Assembly: GCA_025934695.1 (NCBI GenBank)
Contig: JAICWS010000004.1
Coordinates: forward strand, 26,666-90,665
DNA from: Alphaproteobacteria bacterium
GTDB taxonomy: Bacteria > Pseudomonadota > Alphaproteobacteria > Micavibrionales > UBA2020
DNA length: 64,000 bases
Direction of reading: 5' to 3'
A program made the position numbers and the translations under genes. This document shows, piece after piece, positions 18,310 to 27,854 of this stretch. Position 1 is the first letter of the stretch, and the number at the start of each line of letters is the position of its first letter. Below the pieces are notes generated by a model. The model made no database searches, was not told where the DNA came from, and saw only the letters and a list, made by a program, of their open reading frames with translations.

Positions 18310-21300
18310 TTACCGCGACGCGGCTTTGACCGGCCCGGCGCTCGCCGTGGGTGCGGGCGCGGGCGTCGCCTCGTTATAGCGCGTCACCGTCTCCACCGCG
18401 CAATTGAACCCCATATCCGCCAGGCGGCGGCAGGCGAAAGCGCCCTGTTCCAGCGTGAAATGCTGGCGGGGTTTCAGCATCAGCGTCATTTCATGCGTCG
18501 TCGCATCGGGCTCCATCGATGACACCGGCGTGACCGGGTCGAACAGCCCCGACCAGCCGCTCTTGAGGCGGAATTCATACCAGGCAAAGGCAAGCGCCAG
18601 CCGCGAATGGAAATGGCCGAGGTCGATCAGCACCTCTTCCGCCGCGATGTCGGTGGGGCGGATGATGCGGGTGTTGCGGGTGCCGTAAGGGGCGGCGTTT
18701 ACGCTGCGGAAGTTGAAACCGATATTGTGGCCGCCGGTCAGGATGACGGGCTGGCCGTAGTAGGTCGAGCCTTCCGGCTTGAACTCATAAGCCTTCGGCG
18801 TCATGGCGCCTTCCGGCGCGCCGTCGGGCGGCGTCGCGACGAGGTTGTAGATGCCGGGACGGATCGAGCTGATCGACCAGTATCCGTCATAAGCCGCATC
18901 CGCCGTCTTTTCGACCTTGCCGTCGGGCGCGATGAGCGAAACCTTCACGTTGCGCCCCGGCTGGTGCTTGCCGTCGGCGTCGATGTAATCAGCCTGCCCG
19001 TCCATCTCGCCGCCCGCGACGATGGGGAATTCCAGCTGCGTCACACCGCCGGGGTGCGGGTTGATGGACACGCCGGCAAAGGTGCTCATGTCGAAGGAGT
19101 CTTTCAGGGTCGCCTGGTCGACGACGACGTCGGTCACGATGTTTTCTTCAAGGTCGGGAATAAAGGCGATGCCTTGCGCGTTTGTAGGGTCGCTCTTATG
19201 CGCCTGCAATGCTTTGACTTCGACCTCCGGGAGCAGCTCGTCGCCCGCGTCGTAGAGGCCATCGCCGTTTTTGTCGAAGAATACGCGCGCCGCCACGCCG
19301 CCCGCTTGGGCCAAGTAAGCATTGTAAATGTTGTATCTGTTCGAATAGGGATCGAATCCGGCGCCAAAGTGCACGTTGAGTCCCAGAGTCAGGTTTTTAT
19401 TCGTGTCGATCGAAATAAGTGGGCTGAAGGTCGCTTTGGGGGTTCGCCAGTTGAGGCTGAGTTCGGCCTGCGTCAGACTGGGGTTGGGGGTGTAAGTCAC
19501 CTGCGTCAGCGTGTCCACGTTGGGACCAACGGGATGATCATATTCAACAACATCTTTCGTTATCTGCGTGACGGGCTTGACCTGATATTCGGCTTCGACG
19601 CGCCAGTTGCCGCCCCAGGCGAAGCCGCGGGCTTGCAGGTCAGCGGTTGCGAGATCGCTGTAAGTCCCGGTGACATCGGTGGTGCGGGTGTAGTTCGTGG
19701 CTGCCGAAAGAAGCATGGTTTTATAGCGGCCGGTCAAGCTGGTCGTTACATCCGCTGTACTGCTGCCATCAAAGTTTTTGGTGTCCGTAACGCCAAGGTT
19801 ATAGTTAAGGTGGTCAAGAAGCAGGAAATGACCCCGCAGAGGGCCGCTCAAGGTCGAGCGCAAGGTGTCCTTTATCGTCGCGGGCGTTGCTGAGGCGATG
19901 TTATACCCAGAGGAGTTCAGCGTATACTGCAGCAAACCCGATTGTTTCCCAAAGTTACGCCTCGCCGTAATTGACGTGGCGTAGGCCGCGTTATCGAGGT
20001 CATACCCGACATCCGCATTCACAAAGGTGCCTAGGAATGACGACGCTATACCTGTTTCTCCAAAGTTTCGCGTCGTACCTTGGTCGTTACTGCTGCGGAC
20101 CCCAAAGTCAAGCGTGCCGAGGCCGCCAAGCCCATACTGGTAGCTGGCGACAAGCCTCGGGTCGCCAATACCTGGCGTGGTGGGCTTGCTGGAATTGTAG
20201 GTGACAATGCCCTCGCGGCTAAGGGAAGCGGCGTAATAACTTTTTCCTGCCGGGATTTCCGTTGGATTGACGTTAATGTGTCGATGCTGTTCATTAACTT
20301 CGCCTTTCGTGCCGTAGAACATCAGCTTGAAATCGTTGTCGCCGACGATCAGGTCGACGTTGCCGAAGTCATAGCGGCCCGACCCGTCGACATGGCGAAT
20401 ATCGATATAGACGTCGTTCCGATATAGCTCGACATCCCAACCAGGCTGTGCGTCGCCATTGATTGGGGCCGAAGTCTGTGTCGTAATCTGACTCGGCGGA
20501 AGATTTGTCACCATCATGCCCTGTTCTTGCGTGTTCGTGGTGATGAGCGGCAGGGGCACGGTATTGACATCGCCGAACTGATATGCCGTCGCATGCAGCG
20601 GTCCCAGAAGGTTTCCGTCGATGTCCTGCTTGCCCATAGTCATGCGGAAGTCTGTGAGGTAAGGATTCGTCAAGGTGCCGCTTGAAAAGGTCTGAAGGTT
20701 GAATCCGGCGAGATCGCTGGCCGTAATAATTCCCCAAGAGCCGCTCCTCGTCGATTGGCCCTGAACCGGACGTTCATACGTAGTGTTCAGAGTGGCATCG
20801 ACATAAGGCAAGGTCGCCATGCCATACGCCGTTTCCTGGCGCGGTAGTTTTGCCGGTTCATCTCCGTAGCCCTTGCTGGAAAGCAGCTGCGAGCGCCGAT
20901 ATGCATCTTCAGCAGGGAAAGGCTGAGCTCCGGTAACGAAGAGCGCAAGGTCGGCAAAGTTATAGTCGAAACTGATATTGAACCACTTCTCCATCACATC
21001 AGCTGAGACGAGAATGTCTTTACCGTCCGCCTCGATATCGCTTGGTGCAATGGCGATTGCTTGGCCGCTGATGACAGCTTCGTGTCTCGTCACGTCAAGA
21101 TGAAAAGTCTGGGGTTCCTTAAAGAACCATCCGTCCGCTGTGCCCTTTGCGGCATTGACTTTGATGGCGAGGTCCGAGGCGCTGCAGAAATCGCCGAGCG
21201 ATATCATCAGGCGGTGGTTGCGTTTGATCGCATAGATGTCCTGTTTGAGGTTAACGCGGTCCTTGCCAACTATACCGTGCATGATAAGTGGCTCGTCGTC

Positions 21301-21564
21301 TTGCAGCCTAGTATGCGATTTGTGCTCGGCCAGTTCCAGCTTGCCGGCGCCTTTCAGGTACAGGTCGGCCTGGCTGAAGTCGCCGCCGATTTCCTGCGCA
21401 AAATCCTGCCCCAGCTTCAGCAGCTGTGATTTGGGAATGCTACCCTGAGTCGCGGAGTCGGGCGGCGTATCCGCATAGGTTGCAAAGCTCCACAGACATG
21501 AAGCCAGTGCAGTGGCAAAGATACAACAATGCTTTTTCGATACCGGAATAGCCTGCAGCCGCAC
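18310..21564 (-). CDS. Usher-like outer-membrane pilus assembly protein with a C-terminal SPOR-like domain
   Basis: Signal peptide; GWDVELYRND...YDF..V.LIVGDNDFKLMFYG plug-like motif; beta-rich barrel; RVFFDKNGDG repeat; divergent from pilin and chaperone genes. Confidence 0.8.
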   Translation of the reverse strand: MRLQAIPVSKKHCCIFATALASCLWSFATYADTPPDSATQGSIPKSQLLKLGQDFAQEIGGDFSQADLYLKGAGKLELAEHKSHTRLQDDEPLIMHGIVGKDRVNLKQDIYAIKRNHRLMISLGDFCSASDLAIKVNAAKGTADGWFFKEPQTFHLDVTRHEAVISGQAIAIAPSDIEADGKDILVSADVMEKWFNISFDYNFADLALFVTGAQPFPAEDAYRRSQLLSSKGYGDEPAKLPRQETAYGMATLPYVDATLNTTYERPVQGQSTRSGSWGIITASDLAGFNLQTFSSGTLTNPYLTDFRMTMGKQDIDGNLLGPLHATAYQFGDVNTVPLPLITTNTQEQGMMVTNLPPSQITTQTSAPINGDAQPGWDVELYRNDVYIDIRHVDGSGRYDFGNVDLIVGDNDFKLMFYGTKGEVNEQHRHINVNPTEIPAGKSYYAASLSREGIVTYNSSKPTTPGIGDPRLVASYQYGLGGLGTLDFGVRSSNDQGTTRNFGETGIASSFLGTFVNADVGYDLDNAAYATSITARRNFGKQSGLLQYTLNSSGYNIASATPATIKDTLRSTLSGPLRGHFLLLDHLNYNLGVTDTKNFDGSSTADVTTSLTGRYKTMLLSAATNYTRTTDVTGTYSDLATADLQARGFAWGGNWRVEAEYQVKPVTQITKDVVEYDHPVGPNVDTLTQVTYTPNPSLTQAELSLNWRTPKATFSPLISIDTNKNLTLGLNVHFGAGFDPYSNRYNIYNAYLAQAGGVAARVFFDKNGDGLYDAGDELLPEVEVKALQAHKSDPTNAQGIAFIPDLEENIVTDVVVDQATLKDSFDMSTFAGVSINPHPGGVTQLEFPIVAGGEMDGQADYIDADGKHQPGRNVKVSLIAPDGKVEKTADAAYDGYWSISSIRPGIYNLVATPPDGAPEGAMTPKAYEFKPEGSTYYGQPVILTGGHNIGFNFRSVNAAPYGTRNTRIIRPTDIAAEEVLIDLGHFHSRLALAFAWYEFRLKSGWSGLFDPVTPVSSMEPDATTHEMTLMLKPRQHFTLEQGAFACRRLADMGFNCAVETVTRYNEATPAPAPTASAGPVKAASR

Positions 21565-21823
21565 CCGCCTTGCGTGGATGCGCCCCTGATTTTTCCCCTG
21601 TTAACAAGTATATATGGCGCAGCTGCAAGAATAGAATATTAAGTTTGCCTAGCGCGCTCCGCTTCAGTGACTGTGTTTATATGACAACGGTCAATCATCT
21701 TAACATTGCCTGCTAAATCCTTCAAATTTCTTCAAACTTTTTTAAGCATTTGCGACGATACTAATGGGTAGGGAGGGAGCTGGAACAGTTCCTTATCAAC
21801 CACTCAAGAATTGGGGGATTATC

Positions 21824-22486
21824 ATGAAAATCGGGAAGGTACTTCGTAATACTGCTTTGGCGTCCGCCGTCGCAGTAGTCGCTTTTGGCGCAGCATCTGC
21901 CTTTGCTTATTCGCCGGTGCTAACTAGTTCGTTGAACGGCGGCGTTTTTGCTGCTCACGTGGGGGCCAGTGTTTTGGGTACGACCGCGATGACTGAAAAT
22001 AATGCGGTCAGTTTCGGCAACATTGCTGTCTCAGGCCCCGGCACGATGACGATGGATACTGCTGGCGCGCGTGTCGCAGCCAGCGGCATTACCGCACTCG
22101 ACGGTGGCAATAACGGATCTACTCTGCTGGACGATACCTATTCAGCTGCGGCGCCCGGAACCTATACAATCACGGGACCTTCGGGTGCATCCGTGTATGT
22201 CACTTACTTTGTGACGGGCGGCGGGGGCAATAAGGTTGGTACCAGTCAGGCGACCAATTCGATTGACCTGACGAATGGTACCGACCATCTCTATGTTTAC
22301 AGCCTCGTTGATACTGGCACCGCGATTACTGCTGGTGATGAATACGCGCAAAATGCGAATTCCGTTGTCGATCTCACCGGGGGTACGGCAACCCTCAAGA
22401 TAGGTGGAACGATTGAAGCAATTAAGGTTGGCGGTGTAAGCGATGGCGCTTACAGGGGCACGTTTGATATCATGCTTCACTACTAA
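21824..22486 (+). CDS. DUF4402-type pilin-like subunit (probable major subunit)
   Basis: Sec signal; VSFGNI; LKIGGTI; C-terminal GAYRGTFDIMLHY. RBS supports ATG 21824. Confidence 0.75.
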   Translation: MKIGKVLRNTALASAVAVVAFGAASAFAYSPVLTSSLNGGVFAAHVGASVLGTTAMTENNAVSFGNIAVSGPGTMTMDTAGARVAASGITALDGGNNGSTLLDDTYSAAAPGTYTITGPSGASVYVTYFVTGGGGNKVGTSQATNSIDLTNGTDHLYVYSLVDTGTAITAGDEYAQNANSVVDLTGGTATLKIGGTIEAIKVGGVSDGAYRGTFDIMLHY

Positions 22487-22502
22487 AACGCGATGACATA
22501 TT

Positions 22503-22541
22503 TGAAAGCCTCCGGCAAAATGCTCGGAGGCTTTCACGTTT
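22503..22541 (+). terminator. Hairpin/attenuator after the first pilin
   Basis: 12-bp stem TGAAAGCCTCCG / CGGAGGCTTTCA with a weak T tail. Confidence 0.7.
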
Positions 22542-22589
22542 CTGGCGTATATTTGAAAAACCAGCCAAATGGGTTATGTTTGTCTTCAA

Positions 22590-23204
22590 ATGAGAAGATA
22601 TAAAATACCCGCTGTCCTAGTCGTTTCCATTTCGCTATTGTTTTGCGTGTTTTCCGCCCGCGCGAATTTCGTCGATAACAACCTTCACAGCAACGTCGCT
22701 ATCGTGAGCGCCGTTACCATTGTAGAAACCAATGCCGTGAGTTTTGGCAATCTTTCCGTCGGTTCGCCTGGAGGTGGTGATGCCGGCCTTGTTCTGACCC
22801 CGGCAGGCGGCCGCACGAGCTTTAATGGCGCATCAACAACAATCACGCCGCTGAGCGGAGGTTATGGCAATGGGATTTATAGTGTGGCCCAGGCAGGCAC
22901 CTATCAAATCAGTGGCGCGGAGAGCAGTTCGAATATATATGTCCAATTCGTCCAGACGCTAGGCGTACCAATCGATTCCAGCAACCCCGTTACGCTGACG
23001 GGCCCCGCCGGCGCCGACGAGTTTTTGGTCGATGCATTTACGTTTAACAAGGATGGCACCGACGGCACCGGTGACTACCTCGTTGCCGATAGCAGCGGGA
23101 ATGCGACCTTGAAGGTCGGTGCGACACTTCACACGAAGGCTGGCGCGGTCAGCTATCCGGATGGAGCTTACCGTGGAGTTTTCGGCATCGTGGCGAGTTA
23201 TTAG
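22590..23204 (+). CDS. DUF4402-type pilin-like subunit 2
   Basis: Signal peptide; VSFGNL; LKVGATL; C-terminal GAYRGVFGIVASY. Confidence 0.75.
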   Translation: MRRYKIPAVLVVSISLLFCVFSARANFVDNNLHSNVAIVSAVTIVETNAVSFGNLSVGSPGGGDAGLVLTPAGGRTSFNGASTTITPLSGGYGNGIYSVAQAGTYQISGAESSSNIYVQFVQTLGVPIDSSNPVTLTGPAGADEFLVDAFTFNKDGTDGTGDYLVADSSGNATLKVGATLHTKAGAVSYPDGAYRGVFGIVASY

Positions 23205-23214
23205 AGCATTCAGA

Positions 23215-23694
23215 ATGAAAAAGTCGATATTTCTAGTCTGTCTGCTGATACTGACGGTTTTGGCTTTACCATCGTTGGCGACCCAGTCCGGCGTCGAAAC
23301 CCAGCAGATAACGTTCGGACACATCATCATTACCGATAACTCGGCGACGCGCAATTGCGTGGTTGCGGCGACAGGGGGGGAAACGTGCGATGCTTCTGGC
23401 GTCCTACTTTTAATTTCAGGGGAGGCCGCCTTCTATCGCCTTTCGGGATTTGACCCGAATACAGCCGTAGGGGCGGTCATCGATAACGCCACGCCACTGA
23501 CCAATTCCGTGGACGCTTCAGCATTGGATATCGGAAGTTTCACGATCAATCCGCCTATCGACACGAGTCCGCAGACGCCAGACGCCAGCGGCAATATGAC
23601 GCTTAAAATCGGCGCGACGTTGAGCACGCGTGCGGGAACTACCTACGCGATTGCCCCTTATCATGGTACATATAGACTGACGATTACGTTCTAA
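23215..23694 (+). CDS. DUF4402-type pilin-like subunit 3
   Basis: Signal peptide MKKSIF...; ITFGHI; Cys pair; LKIGATL; C-terminal YHGTYRLTITF. Confidence 0.75.
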   Translation: MKKSIFLVCLLILTVLALPSLATQSGVETQQITFGHIIITDNSATRNCVVAATGGETCDASGVLLLISGEAAFYRLSGFDPNTAVGAVIDNATPLTNSVDASALDIGSFTINPPIDTSPQTPDASGNMTLKIGATLSTRAGTTYAIAPYHGTYRLTITF

Positions 23695-23714
23695 TGCTAC
23701 GAGGAACAGGACAA

Positions 23715-24539
23715 ATGACCAGAGCCGTAATTCTCGCCTTCATGCTTTCAATCGCATTGTTGGCTTTTCCGTCTGCCGCGAAGGCCGATCTTACGATCAC
23801 CCCGGTGCGCGTGGTGTTCCAGGGACGTGACCGCTCGATGAGCGTCGAGCTTCTGAACACCACAGACCATACGAACACCTATCGCATGGGCTGGATGGAA
23901 ATGAAGGCGAACGATAAGGGCGGCTATGACATGCTGCCTGCGGATGACAAAAATCCTGACGGTGTTCCTAATATGGTCATATTTTCGCCAAGGCAGGTGA
24001 CGATTGAGCCGCATGGTCATCAGATCATTCGCCTGTCATTGCGTCGCCCCGCCGACCTGCCGTCGGGGGAATACCGCGCGCATCTGTCGATGACGCGTAT
24101 CGCGAATGCGTTACCGCCGGTGGCCGACACTCACCAAAAGGGGGTGACAATGGCGCTTTACGCCAATCTCGGCTTTTCCATTCCGGTGATTGTTCGCAGC
24201 GGAGAAGACAAGGATTTGAAAGTGTCCCTCATCAATCCAAAACTTGCGATGAACCATAAGACGCCGCCCGCGCCCGTCCTCCTCATCGATCTGAATCGGG
24301 ATGCAGGGAAATTCAGCAGCTATGGATCTATAAAAGTTCTCTGGCAACCGCCCAAGGGGGAGGAACAGGAGATCGGTATTCTTAACAACGTCGCGCTCTA
24401 TCCCGAGATCCAGCAGCGCCACGTCGAGATCGCTCTCAATCAAAATCCAACAGTTGGCACCCTCAAAGTCGTCTATCTCGGCAAGCTTGAATCCGAAGGC
24501 ACCACCTGGGCCGAAACCTCTTTCCCCATCGGGAAGTAA
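23715..24539 (+). CDS. PapD-like periplasmic pilus chaperone
   Basis: Signal peptide; LTITPVRVVF; FSPRQVTIEP; GEYRAHL; SIPVIVR. Confidence 0.88.
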   Translation: MTRAVILAFMLSIALLAFPSAAKADLTITPVRVVFQGRDRSMSVELLNTTDHTNTYRMGWMEMKANDKGGYDMLPADDKNPDGVPNMVIFSPRQVTIEPHGHQIIRLSLRRPADLPSGEYRAHLSMTRIANALPPVADTHQKGVTMALYANLGFSIPVIVRSGEDKDLKVSLINPKLAMNHKTPPAPVLLIDLNRDAGKFSSYGSIKVLWQPPKGEEQEIGILNNVALYPEIQQRHVEIALNQNPTVGTLKVVYLGKLESEGTTWAETSFPIGK

Positions 24540-24556
24540 TTCCGGAAAACGAAAAA

Positions 24557-24572
24557 GTTAATCACCTGTTAA
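24557..24572 (-). promoter_or_regulatory. CtrA binding site
   Basis: Minus strand TTAA-CAGGTGA-TTAAC is an exact TTAA-N7-TTAAC match, upstream of the AMIN lipoprotein gene. Confidence 0.7.
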
Positions 24573-24658
24573 TGATCGCCCTTGTCCCCTGACTCCCCGC
24601 TGCTTATGATAAGTGTGGGGAAACTAAATGTACTATTATCAGGGGACTGTTCTTATCA

Positions 24659-25882
24659 ATGAGGTCCATTCGCCGTAGCCTTGCGAAACTATCGCAAGTT
24701 GCGCGCGGCGTTGCTTTGCCGCGTTGGGCGTGTATGTGCCTTATTTACGCCGCGCTAAGCCTTTGCGTCGTTTCCTGCACCGCCGAAGACCGCATCGACG
24801 TTCCGAAAGTATCGCAGATGGGCCCACCGCCCGCGGGCGGCGCCGTCGCTGCGGCGAAGCCGGTGCAGGCGGTCGCGCCGATCCCGACGCCGATGGATAC
24901 ATTCCGCGCGCTCGCGCCCGCGGAGGGCATGAAGGTCACGCCGCTGTTCGCCGAACCGATCAAGGATGAAGACGCGCGTTTCAAGCGCCTCGAAGACCAG
25001 GTGCAATCGCTGCGCAATGATTTCGACACGACGGTGCCCACACTCGTGCGGCTCGTGGCTGTCGAGAAGGACATGAAAAACCTCGTCGCGCAGCTGCAGA
25101 CGCTGACCGACGCGAACGCGCCGCCGATGCCGGCCGCCCCGCCGCCGCCCGTCACCGCGGCTTCGCCCGTGATGGCGGCGCCCGTCGCCGCCAAGCCCGT
25201 GGTGCCAGCCGCGACATCCGCGCCAAAACAGCAGCCTGCCAAAAAATCAACCAATGCCGCGTCTCCCGCCAAAAGCGGGAACGCCAACCAGTTGCCGGCG
25301 GGGGAGGCGAAAGCTTCCTCTCCGGCTTCCCCAGAAGCCGCGCCTAAAGGAAATCAGTCCCCTGAGGGCGCGGCTTCACTTCCTCTGCAACCCCTGCCGA
25401 TGAAGAACGAAAGCGTCTCGGCTCCTGCCGCGCCCGCGCCGCCGGCACCGCCCGCATCCGCATCGATAAAATCCGCGGCACCCGCTGCCGCTCCGCCAAC
25501 CGCGCCCGCCAGCGTCTCCATTGTGAAAGACGTGCGCGCGGGCGATCACGGCGGCATCACGCATCTCGTCATCGAAATGACGGCGAAGACCGGCTACACG
25601 GCCTTGCTTCTCGAAGGCAACAAGCAGGTCGTCATCCAGCTCCCCGACGCGTCCTGGAGCGCCAAGCCTGCCATGTCGCTCAAGGGCAGCGCGCTCGTCA
25701 CCGGCTACAAGTACGAGAAGGGCCAGGTCGTCGTCGATCTGTCATCACCGGCGGCACTCAAATCCAAGAAACTCCTAAAGCCCGATGGCAATCCGAATTA
25801 CCGGCTGGACATCGAGCTGACGAAGGCAGGGACGCCGGCTCCCGCTGCGACGCCGGCTCCGCCTTCCGCTCCCGCGAAATGA
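24659..25882 (+). CDS. Lipoprotein with coiled coil, Pro/Ala-rich linker and C-terminal AMIN-like domain
   Basis: Lipobox VVS-C; RFKRLEDQVQ coil; IVKDVRAGDHGGITHLVIE...YRLDIEL AMIN pattern. The start may be further downstream. Confidence 0.7.
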   Translation: MRSIRRSLAKLSQVARGVALPRWACMCLIYAALSLCVVSCTAEDRIDVPKVSQMGPPPAGGAVAAAKPVQAVAPIPTPMDTFRALAPAEGMKVTPLFAEPIKDEDARFKRLEDQVQSLRNDFDTTVPTLVRLVAVEKDMKNLVAQLQTLTDANAPPMPAAPPPPVTAASPVMAAPVAAKPVVPAATSAPKQQPAKKSTNAASPAKSGNANQLPAGEAKASSPASPEAAPKGNQSPEGAASLPLQPLPMKNESVSAPAAPAPPAPPASASIKSAAPAAAPPTAPASVSIVKDVRAGDHGGITHLVIEMTAKTGYTALLLEGNKQVVIQLPDASWSAKPAMSLKGSALVTGYKYEKGQVVVDLSSPAALKSKKLLKPDGNPNYRLDIELTKAGTPAPAATPAPPSAPAK

Positions 25883-25896
25883 GCAACGGCATGCTT

Positions 25897-26085
25897 CTCC
25901 TCCCCTTTGGAGGAGGAAGGGGCCCGCGCCGAAGGCGTGGGAAGGTGAGGGCACTTTGTGCAGCCAGTGCGCAGATTTTTTAATCAAAACTATTGTCCGA
26001 CGAAGTACCCTCACCTTCCCGTCGCACGCATGCTTCGCATGCGCATATAAAGCGACGGGCCCCTTCCTCTCCCAAAGGAGAGGAG
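25897..26085. repeat. Palindromic intergenic repeat (MITE/RIME-like), family A, copy 1
   Basis: Terminal inverted arms (CTCCTC..GGAAGGTGAGGG ... CCCTCACCTTCCC..GAGGAG) around a variable core; strongly similar to 29245-29415. Confidence 0.85.
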
Positions 26086-26122
26086 GAAAACGCCTTGATT
26101 TTGTGTGTGAAAATGCCTTTCA

Positions 26123-26151
26123 TTGACATAATCATTCGCCCCTGATATAAC
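26123..26151 (+). promoter_or_regulatory. Sigma70-like promoter
   Basis: TTGACA-N17-TATAAC about 45 bp upstream of ATG 26195. Confidence 0.7.
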
Positions 26152-26194
26152 TTCCCCACGCCAATCTGATGATATTTTTTCGTGGAGATATTCC

Positions 26195-27658
26195 ATGTCC
26201 TCGCGCAATGGGGGAAAGAAAAGTTTCGGCAGGACGCTCAAGCGTCTCACGCTCTGCGCCGCTTTCGCGGCGGCGGCGGGGGTCGGCTATAATGATTTCG
26301 GCACGCGGACGGATGTGACGGCGATGGTGACCTCGGTTGAGCAAACGCCGTCGGGCAATATCATCCACACCGACAAGGGCGTTTTCGACAACCGGACCGC
26401 TTTGCTCCTGCAGAAGGACGCGAAGGACGTGAGCGACATCGATGCGGCCTTGAAAGTCGGCGCGCAGGCAAAGCTGAATGTCTATGGCATTCACGGCGCT
26501 TTCGCGGGAATGTCGACGGACGATATCGGCCTGCGCCGCAATATCACCAGCGTCACCCTCTTCCAGACGCCCGCGCCGCCCGTCACCGCAACGCCGATGC
26601 AGCCATTCCCCGTGACCGCACCGGTGGCAGTAACGCCGCCGCAGCCCGTGGCGCCGAAGCCCGAAGCGAAATTGACCGTTCCGGCGAGCCTGATCAACGC
26701 CGAAGGCATCGATAAGGAAGACTATACGCTGCCCGAAACCTGCTCGATAAATGAGGATTTCAATTCCATCAGCGACCAGACGCCGCGCGTCGCGCGCGAT
26801 CTCGATATCATGCGCCGGCTGCCGATTACCGGCGTGCCGGTCTTCAACATGATGAAGGACCCTGCGAACCACATGCATTCCTGCGAATTCCCCGCCGACC
26901 CGAAGCAGTCGACCAGTTCCTATAAGGACAATTACGTGCATATCGCGCGGGGCACCGGCACCTCGACGACCTTCCATGAATATTTCCACGCCAAGCAGGA
27001 TTTCGACGAGGGCGACGTGAAAATGTTCTCGTTGACGCAAAAGGACGCGATTACCGCGAACCTGCTGAAGGAAGCGACTGCCGTTGCCTATGAACTAGCG
27101 ACGCGGCAGGAAGCCATCAACCACGGGCTGAAGATGTACGAACCTCCGGTTATCAAGAAGACCTGGAAGGAGGGCAACATCACCCATTGGCAGACCTTTA
27201 CCCAAGAGTCGCCCTCGACAAATCCCGACAACCGCAAGGCCTTCGACGACGCCTATCAGGCCGCTTTCGCCGCGAACGCCGGGCTCGATGCGCAGGCCCG
27301 CGAGACGGCAGCGTTGCAGGCGGGCGGCCAAGCCGTCGTGACGCGGCTGCTGCAGGGCAAGGACGCGCAGTGGAACGACGACAACGTCAAGCTTGTGATC
27401 GAAAACATCAACAACAACCCCCATGCGTTCCAGGCCGATCCTGCCGATCCCGGCTATGTCGCGACGCGCGACCATGTCTATGCCGCGCAGGGGCAATTGC
27501 CGGGCGGCCTGCAGTTCGTCCCAACCATCTATTTCGGCGCCGGCGCGGACAAGGCCATCGAGCAGGCCTTTAACCAGATGGGTTTCAAGCTCGAACCCAC
27601 GCAGCCCGCCGCCCCGCCTTCCGCGCCGCGCACCCAGCTGCCGGGGCCGGGGGTTTAA
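26195..27658 (+). CDS. Exported protein with an N-terminal OB-like domain and a zincin (HExxH) domain
   Basis: N-terminal hydrophobic segment; IHTDKGVFDN domain; Pro-rich linker; FHEYFHAKQ with downstream LLKEATA glutamate; ends LPGPGV. Confidence 0.7.
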   Translation: MSSRNGGKKSFGRTLKRLTLCAAFAAAAGVGYNDFGTRTDVTAMVTSVEQTPSGNIIHTDKGVFDNRTALLLQKDAKDVSDIDAALKVGAQAKLNVYGIHGAFAGMSTDDIGLRRNITSVTLFQTPAPPVTATPMQPFPVTAPVAVTPPQPVAPKPEAKLTVPASLINAEGIDKEDYTLPETCSINEDFNSISDQTPRVARDLDIMRRLPITGVPVFNMMKDPANHMHSCEFPADPKQSTSSYKDNYVHIARGTGTSTTFHEYFHAKQDFDEGDVKMFSLTQKDAITANLLKEATAVAYELATRQEAINHGLKMYEPPVIKKTWKEGNITHWQTFTQESPSTNPDNRKAFDDAYQAAFAANAGLDAQARETAALQAGGQAVVTRLLQGKDAQWNDDNVKLVIENINNNPHAFQADPADPGYVATRDHVYAAQGQLPGGLQFVPTIYFGAGADKAIEQAFNQMGFKLEPTQPAAPPSAPRTQLPGPGV

Positions 27659-27665
27659 TCTCCTT

Positions 27666-27772
27666 CCGTCATCCCCGCGAACGCGGGGATCCAGAAGCGT
27701 ATCCACGCGTCATGTGACTCATATACGCCGCGGACGCGGCGTGCCGGATCCCCGCCTTCGCGGGAATGACGG
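27666..27772. repeat. RPE/dRS3-like palindromic element, family B
   Basis: CCGTCATCCCCGCGAACGCGGGGATCC ... GGATCCCCGCCTTCGCGGGAATGACGG inverted arms; related sequences at 57686-57706 and 58470-58546. Confidence 0.85.
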
Positions 27773-27781
27773 GTAGGTGGA

Positions 27782-27810
27782 TTGACGTTGGGTACCCCAC
27801 TTGTTATAAC
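27782..27810 (+). promoter_or_regulatory. Sigma70-like promoter
   Basis: TTGACG-N17-TATAAC upstream of ATG 27855. Confidence 0.65.
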
Positions 27811-27854
27811 TCCCCCGTTTCAACAGTGCATTTTATAGACAAGGCAGGGCGCAG

